In this document: in pieces, positions 1 to 12,431 of the stretch | Position numbering within the stretch: the stretch's first letter is position 1 | How the letters are laid out: every line of letters begins with the position of its first letter | NCBI GenBank assembly: GCA_976226885.1 | Contig: OZ320321.1 | Coordinates: 73,966,001 to 74,030,000, forward strand | Direction: 5' to 3' | Length of the DNA stretch: 64,000 nt | Source: Iphione sp. A-MEVVRFRX5 | Lineage: Eukaryota | Program-made: the position numbers and the translations under genes | Notes under the pieces: generated by a model | Databases searched by the model: none | The model's input: only the letters and a program-made list of their open reading frames with translations | What the model was told of the DNA's origin: nothing

Positions 1-2251
1 CAATTTAAATCAGATTGTAATTTTAATCCAAGATATGTAAAATGGTTTACACACTCCAGTTTACAGCTCCCCAAATATAGTGTTATCTCTTGTTCTCTTC
101 TAACACGCGAAAAGTTCATTAGTTTGGATTTTGTAGCATTTACCAGTATCCGGTTATTCCTTGTCCAGTTAGCCAACCTGTTCAGATCTTCCTGCATATG
201 GTCAGAGATGTCCGCATAACAATCTTCAACAGTCACGATCGCAACATCGTCTGTGTACATCACACATGTTGAATACCTTAAACACTTAGGAAGGGAATTG
301 ATGAAAATTACAAACAACAATGGGCCCATTATCGAGCCTTGCGGTACACCACACGTTAGTTGCATACTACTTGATTTTACTCCTCCTATTATCGTTTCTT
401 GCCATCTGTTTTACAAATATCCCCTAATCAAGGGAGCCAAACTCCCTGCCCCAATTTCAATTAACTTTAAAATAATTATCTCGTGATTTACACTATCAAA
501 AGCTTTGGAAAAGTCAATAAAACAGGTAATAACCTTCTTACTGGCATTTAAACCGCCCGTAATCTCTCCTAATAAGTGATAAATAGCAGAGTCTGTACCC
601 CTTTTTTGCCTAAACCCATACTGACACTGACTCAACAAATTATTTTCCAAATAATTCATTAAAATATTGTAAATTAATCTTTCAAAAATCTTTACCGGCA
701 AAGGGATTTGGCTTATTGGACGGAAATTATTTAAGTCACTTAAATTTCCAGACTTATGCAGAGGGGTTACATATGCCATAGTCCATTGTAACGGAAATAC
801 CCTTTGATGAATTCTCATTAAATAAGTGTAAAATCTCAAACAACAGAGTCAGGAATACTTCTTTCAAAAGGTGAACGGGTATATCCCCAACAATACTTGC
901 CTTATTTGTTGGCACTTTACATATCACTTTTACCAGCTCCTGTACATCTATTTGCACCAGTTGTAGTCTGCAATCTGCATGTGTCTCCATGCTGTATTCT
1001 TCATCGCCCAGCTTGGCTGCAATAGTCTTACCAATGGAGCTAAAATGGATATTAAATGCGTCTGCCATTTCCATATTAGATAGACAGTTACCATTAGCGT
1101 CTACTAAGCTTGGTTCTTTCCTTACCTTTTTATAACCATATATATTTTGCATATCATTCCAAAACTTCGACGTATTACCATCAACTTTCAATAACTAATT
1201 TTCAATGAATGATTTCTTCTGATTATTCATCAGTTTTCGCACTTGATAAGTTAGGATTTTAGCATCTAACTTATCTTCATAACGTCCATGTTTTCTAAAC
1301 TGCTTGATCGCATTATGTTTTTTCTTACTAAATCCACTATCTCACCAGTAATCCAGGGGGCTGCATTAGCCCTATGTCTTACAGTTTTTGTTTTTACCAT
1401 TGTATTGAACATACATTTTATTCTGGCCTCCATGATATCCCATTTCTTCTGGATATCTGAGGTACTATAAAAGTCAGCCCACTCTAATTTCATAGTGGCC
1501 TCGTTAACATCTTGTATAGATAAATCATTAAATGTTCTATAAGATATTATCTTTCGTTCTAATATTCCGGATCGTGTTACAGGCACTACCACTTCAATAA
1601 GATTATGGTCACTTAAAGTACATTCTACTACCTTTGCATAAATTTTACCCTTATAGTTTGTCCAACATAGGTCAATACTTGTTACCGACAACGATGTAAC
1701 TCTAGTCGGACCATTAACCAGTTGAACCATACCAAACTCCCTCAGATACTTCGCAAACTTGTTTTTCTTATAGCTGGGGCATAACCAGTTTATATTCACA
1801 TCACCTATATACACTGCATTAGACATATTATCTAAAGTGTTTAGATCTTGTAATTTCGATATAAAACCATCGACTTTACCTTTTGGCGGTCGATAAATAT
1901 CCATTATCAACAATTTACCATTTAGCATATAAACTGTTACTCCTAAGTACTCTATATCTTTGCGATTAATGTTGTACCAACCACATTATAATTCGGTAAC
2001 TGCTTATTACTTATATAAATCAAAATTCCACCACCATTACGTGCAGTTCTGTCTGCGCGAACTAATGAGTAACCTTCAACATTTAATACACTATCATTTA
2101 CATCCGAACTTAGCCATGTTTCTGTTAAGAAAAAGATATCTAGTTGTGACTGTTGTATCAATATACATATTTCATTGAACTTACCTAAGATACTCCGTAT
2201 ATTTAGGTGGTAGATTACAAGACCGATCCGGTTCCTATCCATTATTGACAC
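1..2251 (-). pseudogene. ORF2 of element A (APE endonuclease + reverse transcriptase), frameshifted
   Basis: APE motifs HLNIRS, LTETWL, GGGILIY, YRPP, GDVN, SDH in ORFs 1952-2251 and 1266-1928. RT motifs FRPISQ and DFSKAFD in 411-839, GVPQGSIMGP at ~325-352 and MYTDD at ~246-262, read manually on the minus strand. Confidence 0.9.
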
Positions 2252-2770
2252 GGTTCATTACCTTCTAACACACACGTCTGACCTGTCAATGTGAACTCAG
2301 AAAAGCAATGAAAAATACAAAACAACATATTCACAAACAAGAAAAGAAAAGCCATCTGAATGGTAATCATTCAGAAGATTCAGCTGGCAAATGTGCACCG
2401 CCCCCGGCCCATATATTCTTAATCTTAACAAGTCGCAACAATATGTTAGTATTACAATTTATGCCTTTAAGTTATGTATCATGTATCTGACAAAAACTCA
2501 TAACGATTAATCGTCGTTTATTTCTTTGTAAAGTAACACAACAAATATCACAAGCAAATGAAACTTCAAACAAAATAATAATAATAGTGGTAGTACCAAA
2601 GTAGTACCATGGTTTCCCCCCTATTGTCGTCAATACCAGCATGTTAATGCTGAATTAACGTTGTCAGGTAGAATATGTATCACTGTACATGGCCAGCCAG
2701 TATTACATACCTAGCTGCCCTTTGTATAGTAACTATTTAATAAAATTAATGAGATTGTCCGTGGAATAGC

Positions 2771-3478
2771 CTAAGTAATGTGTTTATCATTCTTCAGACT
2801 AGTCGGATTTTCCATACGCAGGTGGCACCCATCATAATATCTGCCAAGACGATGTCTCCAACCGCCATTCTTGCATGTATGTACAGTCATACTTGTCCAG
2901 GGTGTCGGCACACCGAAACAGCGGTTCATAAGCACGATCCGCTGATTCAACGTGGTGACCGCCGTCAGCAACATTGCCTGTATCATGTTAGCAGCTGCTA
3001 CATAACCTACATCGTCATTCAGCCATTTATAATAGGCAATAAAATCAATGCAGAATAGTGTACAAAACATTACCACAGATTGTGGATATCGCCACTGTAC
3101 TGCATTATGAACCATCCATAATGTGTATTCCACTTCAGAAATTGTTATGTTAGCATCGCCGTACCGTTGAACCACATAGGCCCATCGTTCACCATCGTCA
3201 CAGTTCACCTGTATTCGTTTGGTAATGTTATTACCACCACCTAGTATCAGTATAGTCCAGGGATAGGGATTCCAGTTTCAACGAATAATGATATCGCACA
3301 AGTCTTCTAACCTTGCACCAGGATAGTAATGGACTTGTACTGCCCATCCAAACCTTTCAAATATCTCCTGGAGTTTTCTGTCATGACTACTGCTGAATAC
3401 ATGAACATAACGTGAATACTCCATGCTTACACGTGTAGTGAAACAGAGTGACCAGTTCTGCGGACGTGACCCACCCAC
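2771..3478 (-). pseudogene. Stand-alone SGNH-hydrolase (esterase)-like ORF of element A, one in-frame stop at 3278-3280
   Basis: ORFs 3278-3478 and 2771-3208 are in the same frame. Reading through the TGA gives block I VFSSSH, block II YPGA, block III ILGGGNNIT and block V YDGCH. Confidence 0.8.
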
Positions 3479-3500
3479 CCCACCACAGGGCTAATTATAG

Positions 3501-4994
3501 TTACGACCCCATTTGGGCATCCATAAACAGGTCCTCTGATTCATTTTCACGCAACTGACTTCTAATTTTACAGAGTAGGTTTCCCTGAGCATTTCTACCA
3601 GGGAATGTACCTGAACGAACAGTTTTCGATCTTCTTCCCACTCCTGCCCCCGAGAAATCATTCGGAGTTGCTTCTACCAATTGATGTTCTCCGGTCTTTG
3701 ATAATTCGTCCTTTAAATTCTGAGATGCGAATTTTTCATACAAAATCTCTTCCATTACTTCTAGTTTCAACTTTTTCCAGTCATCAATTTTTGGTAGATC
3801 CTTTCTAATTAATTTCAATGACTGATAGTCCGTTGTATGTAAACTTAAGGACTTTTTTGCAGTGGTGCCCGCCGCTTTGCATTTAGCATACGTATATGCT
3901 AGCTCTGCACTATCAAAGTGTTGATCGTCCCATTTAAATTTACATGGATAGAGGTTCGAAAATACTGACTCTTTACCAGCAAAGATTATTCGATCTGTCT
4001 TGTTAGATCTTTGTGGTTTGGGCTTAGTAGATGTTACGGGAATTTCAATGTTGCTTTCGTCCAACCATGTACCGTCTACCTGAATTTTATCACCACGAAT
4101 CTTTATATCTGCTTCGGGATTCTCCTCACGAACAAGCTTTGCAGCTGATCTTAGTTTTTGTTGTGTTTTACGTTGATTTATGGTTAGATCCTGGTTCAAC
4201 CAGATATTCTTCCCTTTTAATTTTCCTTTCACTCTCATAATCTGATCCTTCACATTGCATCTCACAAATCTCAAATAAATTAGAGGAATACCTGCTACAT
4301 TCTTACGCTGAAGCATGTATAATTCATCGATGTCATGGGTAGTTACCCGCACACCAATAGAAGAAAACAACTCAATCACGTAGTCTAACAGCTCCCTATC
4401 ATCGGGGATAGCAAGACTGTCAATAAACATACCATTTTTTCTTGATCGACGGTCAAGTTCTTATGTTAATTTACTAGATACACTTGTTTTATTTTGCTTT
4501 AGAGCCCTTATTTCACTCCTTAAGTCTGCGTTTTCACGTTTTAATTCAGCCACATTTTCCTCCAAAGTAGATATTTTGATTGTGTGTTCACTCAGAGTAT
4601 TTATGCTTGCATCTACTTTTGTGGTCAGAGAAGCAATATCTTCAGCTATTTTTGTGGTTTCTGCTAACCCTGTTTCTCTTTTTTTTATTATTTCGGACAT
4701 GAGACTGTCAAATAATCTATGTACCATAGATGGTTCTTCGCTAACAGATACTTCAGTTAACGGGCTATTGTCCTTCTTTCTTTTACCTTTGCCTGTACAC
4801 TCACTAGGCGGAGTCGATGGCACGTTACTAAAAAAGTTCCACAAATTTTGTTGCTTAGATTTTGCTGCATTATCTGCAGATTCTGTATTCGATTTAGTCA
4901 AATCCGATACAGTACCCGTCTCGCCAGTGTGGCCTCCTTCACCAACCATTGTTTCCAACTCCGATGGGCTATTTTTAGCAGCCATCGTCAACAA
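3501..4994 (-). pseudogene. ORF1 of element A: coiled coil + L1-ORF1-like RRM/CTD + C-terminal NADAR domain; one in-frame stop at 4461-4463
   Basis: 4461-4994 and 3501-4430 are in frame across TAA (SKLT*ELDRRSRKNGMFID). NADAR motifs at ~3550-3995: FSNLYPCKF, DSAELAYTYAK, EKFASQNLKDELSKTG, LVEATPNDF(S)GAG, GRNAQGNLLCKIRSQL. Confidence 0.85.
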
Positions 4995-5479
4995 TGATAC
5001 CTAGCGTAGTTACCTGTCGAGTTTCGTCTGATTTCTACCGAATTTTTACTGTTTCTAGCACCTAAGTACTGGTCTAATGTCTATATATACGTTCCTGGAA
5101 CGCTAACAAACATGTATACATAAATTCAGCAATTAAAACTTTCATATACCAACCTCTTTTACACTTGAACCACGAGCGGCACACCAAACCCCTACCTACA
5201 CCTTGCCAGCCTCAGTCGGTGATGGCGGTTGTAGGTCGAACCCATCCCCATGAAGCAACTCCTTTTTTCTTTTATCATCTCGCTCTCTGTCCTCCTCTGT
5301 GAGGCCTGCGATGCTTTCCACCTCTTGAGTGTAGAATCTGTTTAACAAGGTGGCGAAGCTCATACCGTGCCTTGTCCACCACTCCACCACTCAAGGGCCT
5401 TCCTTGCAGCTTCACGACAGTTTTCAGCTGATGTAAATAGTACCATGACATTGGCATACAGGATCAGCGTAGTGTTTTC

Positions 5480-6440
5480 GGATACTCGTGTGATAGGTCA
5501 ATGAATACTGTGAAGAGTAGGGGGCCCAATAATGACCCGTGAGGTACCCAACAGTTAATACATGATTCGGCTTGAATTCTCCCAGTTCCTGTGCTATTTT
5601 GTCTCCTATGCCGGGGAAGAAGTCATTTAAATAATTCCGTGTCAGCTTCTGATCAATATTTGTCTCTCCGCCATGAAGCTGTATGGTCAGTTTCCCCATT
5701 TCCTTGAGACCCAGATACTCCCACATCCTCTCCCAGAATTGATTTGGATCATCTCTGTGGTCGTCAAGCGTTTGCTGGATAAATTCCCACTTGCAATTGT
5801 GAATTGCACATTTCACCGCCCTTGTCCAGTCTTCACCGTTTCCTGAGGATTTGGCGTTTCTAAATGCTCTGTTCCTCGTGTTTTTCATTTTGATGATGTA
5901 CATCATGATCCAGGCACTTGTTTGGGTACCTGTATTCATAGAACGTCATGATCCAGGCACTTGTTTGGGTACCTGTATTCAGAGTACGTCATGATCCAGG
6001 CACTTGTTTGGGTACCTGTATTCATAGTATGTCATGATCCAGGCACTTGTTTGGGTACCTGTATTCATAGTTCGTCATGATCCAGGCACTTGTTTTGGTA
6101 CCTGTATTCATAGTACGTCATGATCCAGGCACTTGTTTTGGTACCTGTATTCATAGTACGTCATTGGGCGCACAGACTATGAATTATCAGAAATATTGCA
6201 TTTAGCAGAAAAGTCAATTTTTCGTTTACCCCTTCTTCATTCCAGAGTCCAGTTCATGTGTGTTACAGTATTTCTAATGTTTTCATCAGTGAGCCTATTG
6301 TAACATCAGAGTTGTCAGTGTTTAATGTTTGGTCCTGCCATTATCTTAATTCCAAAATTAGTGCTGACCCCTATTACATACTGATCAGACAGATGCTCTT
6401 CTGACACATTGGCTTCCAGGATACTATTGTGAGGCCTTTG
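5480..6440 (-). pseudogene. L2/CR1 ORF2 fragment (end of APE domain and APE-RT linker)
   Basis: HLSDQYVIGV (SDH-like) near 6390, then AWIM, QFWERM and LNDFFPGIG linker motifs in ORF 5424-5939. Confidence 0.65.
5904..6166. repeat. 43-bp minisatellite, 6 copies (CATGATCCAGGCACTTGTTTGGGTACCTGTATTCATAGTACGT)
   Basis: Unit starts at 5904, 5947, 5990, 6033, 6076 and 6120. The unit is ORF2 coding sequence. Confidence 0.95.
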
Positions 6441-6619
6441 TTTGTACTCTTGTTTGTTGGACCCATGATGAAGTTTGACTTTGTTGTTACAGATGTCTGG
6501 AGGGGCGGGGGGCTTCTTTGTTCTTCCCTGTGAAATGGGTCCATTGACGAAGCCTGGTTCATGCCATGGGATACTAGCAAGTTCCTTGAACATTCCTTGT
6601 AGCCGCTCCACTGGGTCAT

Positions 6620-8418
6620 TGTGTCTCTGGAGAATGTCGATTAATTCAACAAAGAAGGTCAGGGCCTGTCCTCTGGTTGCAGCTCTGTTCCACATGCAGT
6701 CACATTTGGCACCATGCAGGAGTCCTTTTTTCATAACCTGAGCATAAGTCCTTCTTGGTTCATGGTTAGGTTCCAGGGTTTCCAGGGGTTGCACTCTCAG
6801 TGGCTCCTCGGTAATCTTGTAGGTCTCTTGGTGGTGTGCCTGTGTCCCCTTTGTTGGGTCTTCCTGGGTGTCGCACCTGATCCTGGTCAGCTGCTGCTGA
6901 GGTTCTCGGGCAGGTTGTATCCTTTGCCTTTGAGAGTTTGGAGAGTGGTGGACTAGGAATCTTGGATCCATGTGGGTGGCTCCTGGGTGAGCGGAGGTTG
7001 TTCCAGGGGTTGGTTCTGTTGGAGAGGTATGGGCAGCACTTGTGGTCTTGGTGGGGTGAGGAGATGTGTTGGTTCACTTGCTGTCAGCTGCTCTGGTGCT
7101 TCTGCTTTTCCTTAGGGGAGTGCCCATTTCCTCATGGGCGGTAGTCTTTCTTGTCTGCTGTGGCTGCTGTTCATGTCTCCTCAGCAAGCGTGGTGTTGTT
7201 CCAGCAGTGTGGGTCCTCCTGCCAGTTAGTTGGTCCCATGCCTCTCTCCACCTAGGGCAGGCCTTGCTATTTGCCTGGTGGAAACCCGAGCATGCTGCAC
7301 ATTTATCTGGGAGGGTCCCTTAGCAATCCTGTGTGGAGTGCTTGCTGGCACATCTGCCACATCTTGGTGCCAATGCAGGGCGTTTCTCTTGTCAGTGCCC
7401 ATGTGCATGGCACTTGAAGCACCTGATGACAGCACTGTGGGATGATTCAATCCTGCATATGCCATAACCTCCCAGGTCAACTTTCTCAGTTCCCTTTTTG
7501 TATCATTTCAATCTTCCATCATCCAAGTGGGGCTTCCTTTGTGGTAGATCCACTGTGCTTTAGTGATGGTTAGTTTCCCGACCAGGTCCTTTGGGTTGAT
7601 GTTTGGATGGACTCCTTTTAAGATAAGCTTGTTCTTTATAGCTCTGAAATGGTCAGAGGCGGCCAAGGCCTGTGCAGTCTCCGCATCTCGAGCTCCTGTG
7701 TAAACTCTGTCATTTCTCCCATAGAAAATGAAGCTGGTTCCCATCAGGGCAGCACTCATCTACACCTGGGAAGGGGTAGTCTGGCTTTTCTACTACAAAG
7801 AAGACTGCCATTGCCCAGTGGGGTTTCCTTTTCCTCTTTTTCTGGCTGATTGTGATGAATGCTTTGTTTTCATTGTTGTCTGGCTCCTGAGCTGATTCCT
7901 CCAGCCTTTGGGAGGGCCCCTCACATACCTGCTTCCCAGCCTGGATGAGGTTCTTTGGCCCCTGAGCCCCCTCTTCTTTCTTACCTGAGTGTTTTCCATT
8001 GCTGTATCCTATGTTGGTTCCATTGGTTGATCCCACTGCAGAATTTATCTCACTGCAGAGTTTATCTCTTTGGTGGTCTTTTTGGTGGCCCTTAGGGATG
8101 TTTGTGGAGGGAGGGAGACCTTGTCCTGGGGATTTGGACCCTCACTGGGGGGTGAGAGGTTTGCAATATTACCTGCTGGGGGGGACACACTGTCTTTTCT
8201 GTCTCCACCATAGCCTTGACAGGGGAAGGTAGTGCTTCCAGCCCCTCCTCTGGATGGGGTGTCTTGGAGGCTGGTGAAGAGGTGATACTTCTTGCCTCTT
8301 CCACCCTGTCATTGAACCAGTATGGGTAATTCTTTGGCTTCCTGTGCTGTTGCAGAGTGAGTCCAGCCTCCTCAAAGGAGATGTCTGGGTGATTGATTGG
8401 GCTGCTTTGTGTCTTCAT
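6620..8418 (-). pseudogene. Decayed gag-like ORF1 with three CCHC zinc knuckles (Jockey/I/R1-group non-LTR type)
   Basis: Manual translation of ~7430-7225: RCFKCHAHGH*...RCGRCASKHSTQDC*...KCAACSGFHQANSKACP. Many stops and frameshifts upstream. Confidence 0.7.
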
Positions 8419-8424
8419 ACTTAG

Positions 8425-8865
8425 AGAGTAAGGACTTAATGATGATGAGGAGGAGGAGGAAAGGGTGGAGGAGGAGGAGGGCTAGGGGGAGAGGGAGGAA
8501 GAGGGAGAAGTGGGAAGGGGAACAAGGGAGAGGAGTAGAGGGAAGAGGAGAGGGGGCAGAGAGGAAGAGGGAGGGGGAGGAGGAGGAGAAGCAGGAGGAG
8601 AGAAAGGAAGAGGAGGAGGAGGGGGAGGAGAGGGCAGAGGAGGGAGAGGAAGTAGGGAGGAGAAGGGGAGGAGTAGAGGAAAGAGGAGAGGGGAGGAGGG
8701 AGGAGGAGGAGGAGGAGAGGAGGAGGAGGGGTAGGGGGAGAGGGAGGAAGGGGGAGAGGAATGGGGGAGGCAAAGAAGGGGAGGAGTAGAGGGAGGAGGA
8801 GAGGGGAAGAGAGGGAGAAGGAGAGGAAGGAGGAGGAGGGAGAGGAGGAGGAGGCAGCGGGGGTG
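8425..8865. repeat. Polypurine (GGA/GAG-rich) low-complexity tract, ~440 bp
   Basis: Almost only G and A on the plus strand. Confidence 0.95.
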
Positions 8866-10304
8866 ATGGTTTGGGTTTATATATATAGAGAGTGAGTCCA
8901 GTAGGACGTTTCAGGCTGTGGATGACCAGCAGACGGGGCTACAACCTTGTGTGACAGCTCGTTAGAAAGCTCTTGATGATGCTTTCCAATGGTGTGAGAC
9001 ACGTGTGTGTACTTTGAACGATAGCGGAGTGATGTGCGGACCACCGTGGGCCAGCTAAGGGATAGGACTCTAATTAGGATGAAGCGGGCCACCAAGAGGG
9101 TGTGTATACGAAATTTAATCTCAATCAGCAGATGTTGGTTCAGCTCCCAGGGGGTTGGTCTGGCACCCTAAGGAGTCAGTGTGGGCCCCTGCAGGCTGGC
9201 CAAAGGGTGAATATACTATAAAAACTGCGGTGGCATCGGCGGATGTTATTGCAGCCCTCACCGGCTTGTCGGGCACTGTCGGGAGTACGTACGGCCACTG
9301 GTTTATCAAAATCGAGGTGCTGAATGATCGGATGCAAGCTAAAATTTGTTCCAGCAGTGCTTATACTTATAGAATGTCTAGAACGAAATGTATGTGTGGA
9401 GAACTTGTCAGAATCGAGGTGCTGGTTGGTAAGGTAAAAGTAAATTTATTTCGACAGTTTTGACACATATAAAAGGTCCAGAACAGTTTTCCTTCCCTGT
9501 CAAGTGAGCTCTGGAATCAAATTCAAGCAGAAAAACAGTGCAGAGAGAGATCTGGAATCAAATTGAGGCTGAAGACATCGACAGACAGAAATGTGTGAGT
9601 GTGAGGTCTTATTGGCTATATAGTTGTGGGGGCTCTACTTTGCTACAATCCTCTGCTTTGCTGGAAATCCTGGGGGTTCAACAGCAGAACTGGAGGTGTC
9701 AGCAGGAGTTGTTCTCTCCCCGGCATCCAGGAGCGCTTAGTTCTGCCCTACGGTACACAATCACACCTCCGCCTCTACTCTTGCATCCTTCTTTTCATAC
9801 TCGTAGTAGCCTAATATATAGTTTTGTATTTGTACAGCTGCATCCGGAATTGCGTCTGACAGCCAGCTTTCAGTAAGGATGAAGATGCTAGGTTTCTACG
9901 CCCTGGCTAATATTTTTACTTCATTTTTTTTTTCAAGAGACTACAGATATTTAAGTGATGGATTTCGACCAACGATAACGCATAGCGATCAATATGCAAG
10001 AATTTGGGGTAGCAAAGCAACGAATATATAGTTATAAGCAGATTGACATATGTATTGCTGAATACCTAAGTGTACCGTTCGTTTTGAGAAACAGACAACA
10101 AAAGGAGCATGAAAAAGTAGATCACAGATAACTCTCCTTGGGACAGACATCCTGGTGTTATTCTATCACAGAACAGACGAGTAAATACAGTAGTGGGCTA
10201 TGAGAACACCTCAGCCATCGAAATTTCCCTCCACCGGCTGTCTTGAATAGGCATGTTACAGTACCAGGACTTGACGGAGTTTTAAGTATTGAAGAAACTG
10301 TAGT

Positions 10305-11200
10305 TAATAATAATAATTAATAATTCTGCGCCCCTTTGGCTATTCTTAGGGGTCATTCTTGTTCCTTAAGTACAGAGTAGCTCCTACTGACCAGGTACAC
10401 ACAAGTAAGATAGGCTAAACTCTAAAAGATACATTTGACCCTAGACATAGTAGTGAGTCACCTGTATAATAACAAACCAATTAAATACACAATTAAATAC
10501 ACAAGCATCTACTATCTTCTGCATCATCACCACCTCTACAACTCAGTTACATTCTCCGATCTGCTAAGACCAATGGTACCCTAGATAATCATGACCTGGA
10601 CATTAACCCTCATCTCACTACACTGTCAAAGATCATGCACAATATATGCAAACATATGTCAATCACTCAGTACCCACCGCCACATACTTGGGAGAAAGCC
10701 AATCATTCAATAATCCCTTGGGTAGTCTTCTCCTCTCCTTAAGTCCACTGGGCAGAGTTCCCCATTGTAGTATTCCGCTGTTGTTTTGGGCCTCACCACC
10801 TTACCACTCCTCCTTCTCCCTTCCCTAGTGACGGAAGTGTGTTTCTCAGGGAGTAACCCGAGCTGCATGAGCCTGTTGCTTACTGCCACCCCCTCCCCTC
10901 GATCAAATCTCCTACCCCAGGAACTCCCACTCTACTCTGGAACCTATTTGGACTCTGTCAAGAGTTGGACATCAGACGAGTCTGGCACACCGATTGACTG
11001 CAATTTGCAGTTGCATGATGTCAGACGAGTAGAAACCATACAGTGATATAGAAGAGTACATCAGCTGTGTGAGAACAAGGTATTTGAAGAGCATGATCCT
11101 CACATCTAGAGGTAGTTTCAACTTGACCCTTGCTAGCCACAATGAGGCTGTCCACATCTTCACAATGACAGCATCTCGCATCTATTGAACCGCAGTAGCT
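10305..11200 (-). mobile_element. 5'-truncated L2/CR1 3' fragment (post-RT C-terminus + 3' UTR)
   Basis: ORF 10972-11181 (LFKYLVLTQLMYSS...LQIAVNRCARLV) resembles the C-termini of the other ORF2s. An (ATT)n-like tail lies near 10305-10325. Confidence 0.6.
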
Positions 11201-12019
11201 TTGTATCCTCGACCTTCGACAATTTTCCGCCCCTTATATACCAGTGCGACCGGATTTGAACATTCGTCAGATGTCAAACATACAATAGGTCATTAAGCTT
11301 TTATGGTTACTGACATCATTAGCACCCCGAGTCCAGGGTTGTGCTTGAGCATCGGATACGTCTTATCTTGTTATGGCACATCGAGACACCGTGTGAAACA
11401 AGGAGACTTTTATGTTCACAGATTCAATTACCGTTATCACTGACACAAGGAAGAACTGCTAAGTACGTGAAAAAACACTTCCTGCGTGGGACAAAATTTC
11501 TGTGATCGAACAAAATTTTTGTTCCGTACCATAACATTACTTCACAAGTGACTTTACTTATAATGTATATATCTATACACTGTACATACGTTGTATTGTT
11601 TTGATAACCCTTTCAGACACAAACACCATATTGTGACTACTTAATACAATGTTAATCCCTATTCATTCTGTGGACAGGCCGAGATGTCCTAATACGGCAT
11701 CATCATCATACCCGTAACTGTGTTACACAGCACTTAGCCTTTCACAGAACCATTTTTCGCATATCTCCCCCGGAAAGGGGAGTATGCTGAGTGGTCTGTA
11801 ATTCGAGAGGTCATTTTTGCTGCCCTTCTTATTCCCCCCCTATCAATGACTCAACAACTAAGTGGCATTTAACACAGTGTATTATCATCACTGGAAGCGT
11901 ACATCATACTAACATCATGACACTGGAACATGTAGCTTTTAAAGCAACAAAGAACAATAATGCAACAAATGCAAACAATTCAACCAAATACCTAGACCTA
12001 TAGGCCAAGCCAATGACAG

Positions 12020-12431
12020 TTACGAGGCCTCAGCCTGAACTCGCTTGTCCACTGCTCTTTTTGAGCTAATTTCTTCTGATGTATATACTAAAGTCGAGGG
12101 GGTAGCCACCCAGGTGCCCTGTGCTTTAATTTCTTCCATAGTGGTGCCTATCTCCTGCAAATGGTTGGCTCCGCCTCTTCTAAAACTGTGTAGAGAATAC
12201 TTTGCGGGCTCCAAGCTCAGAGAAGAAAGCACAACCTTCAATATAGCCGCAATGGTGTCGACACTAAATGCCCTTTTATGAATAGGGTCTCAAAACAAGG
12301 GTTGTGGATCCTCTACAGTCGGATCCTTAACAAACATTACTTCCGACGAAGCTGTGGGACAATACTTGGGGTTATGCAACCTGGGCAAGTAGATTACCTT
12401 TTTTGTGTTTTTATTGAGAGTTTTTGGTATA
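12020..12431 (-). pseudogene. C-terminal half of a DIRS/Ngaro-type tyrosine recombinase
   Basis: IPKT...IYLPRLHNPKYCPTA read manually at 12431-12350, then YSLHSFRRGG and QGTW...LVY in ORF 12020-12241. Confidence 0.8.

Larger units (their letters stand above)
1..5190 (-). mobile_element. Element A: CR1/L2-type non-LTR retrotransposon with ORF1(RRM-NADAR) + SGNH ORF + ORF2; 3' end runs off the left edge
   Basis: Collinear minus-strand ORF1 (4994-3501), SGNH ORF (3478-2771) and APE/RT ORF2 (2242 to <1). The 5' boundary near 5190 is approximate. Confidence 0.8.

Noticed and set aside
4576-5004. Plus-strand ORFs overlapping LINE ORFs (also 15690-16196, 20388-20807, 29930-30220 and similar)
   Set aside because: These are antisense shadows of minus-strand coding sequence with no independent motifs.
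5196-5390. Homology with 25511-25726 through the shared peptide LNRFYT
   Set aside because: No nucleotide similarity and the flanks are unrelated; treated as coincidence.
8372-8789. Long ORFs (130-133 aa) on both strands
   Set aside because: They are artefacts of the GA/CT low-complexity tract.
8885-8940. Penelope-type hammerhead ribozyme (minus strand ...CCTGAAACGTC next to TATATA)
   Set aside because: GAAACGTC is present but the required CUGANGA core is not (CTGCTGG), and no GIY-YIG or PLE RT is nearby.
9100-10300. LTR or 5' leader of another retroelement
   Set aside because: No matching second LTR, PBS or coding remnant could be identified.
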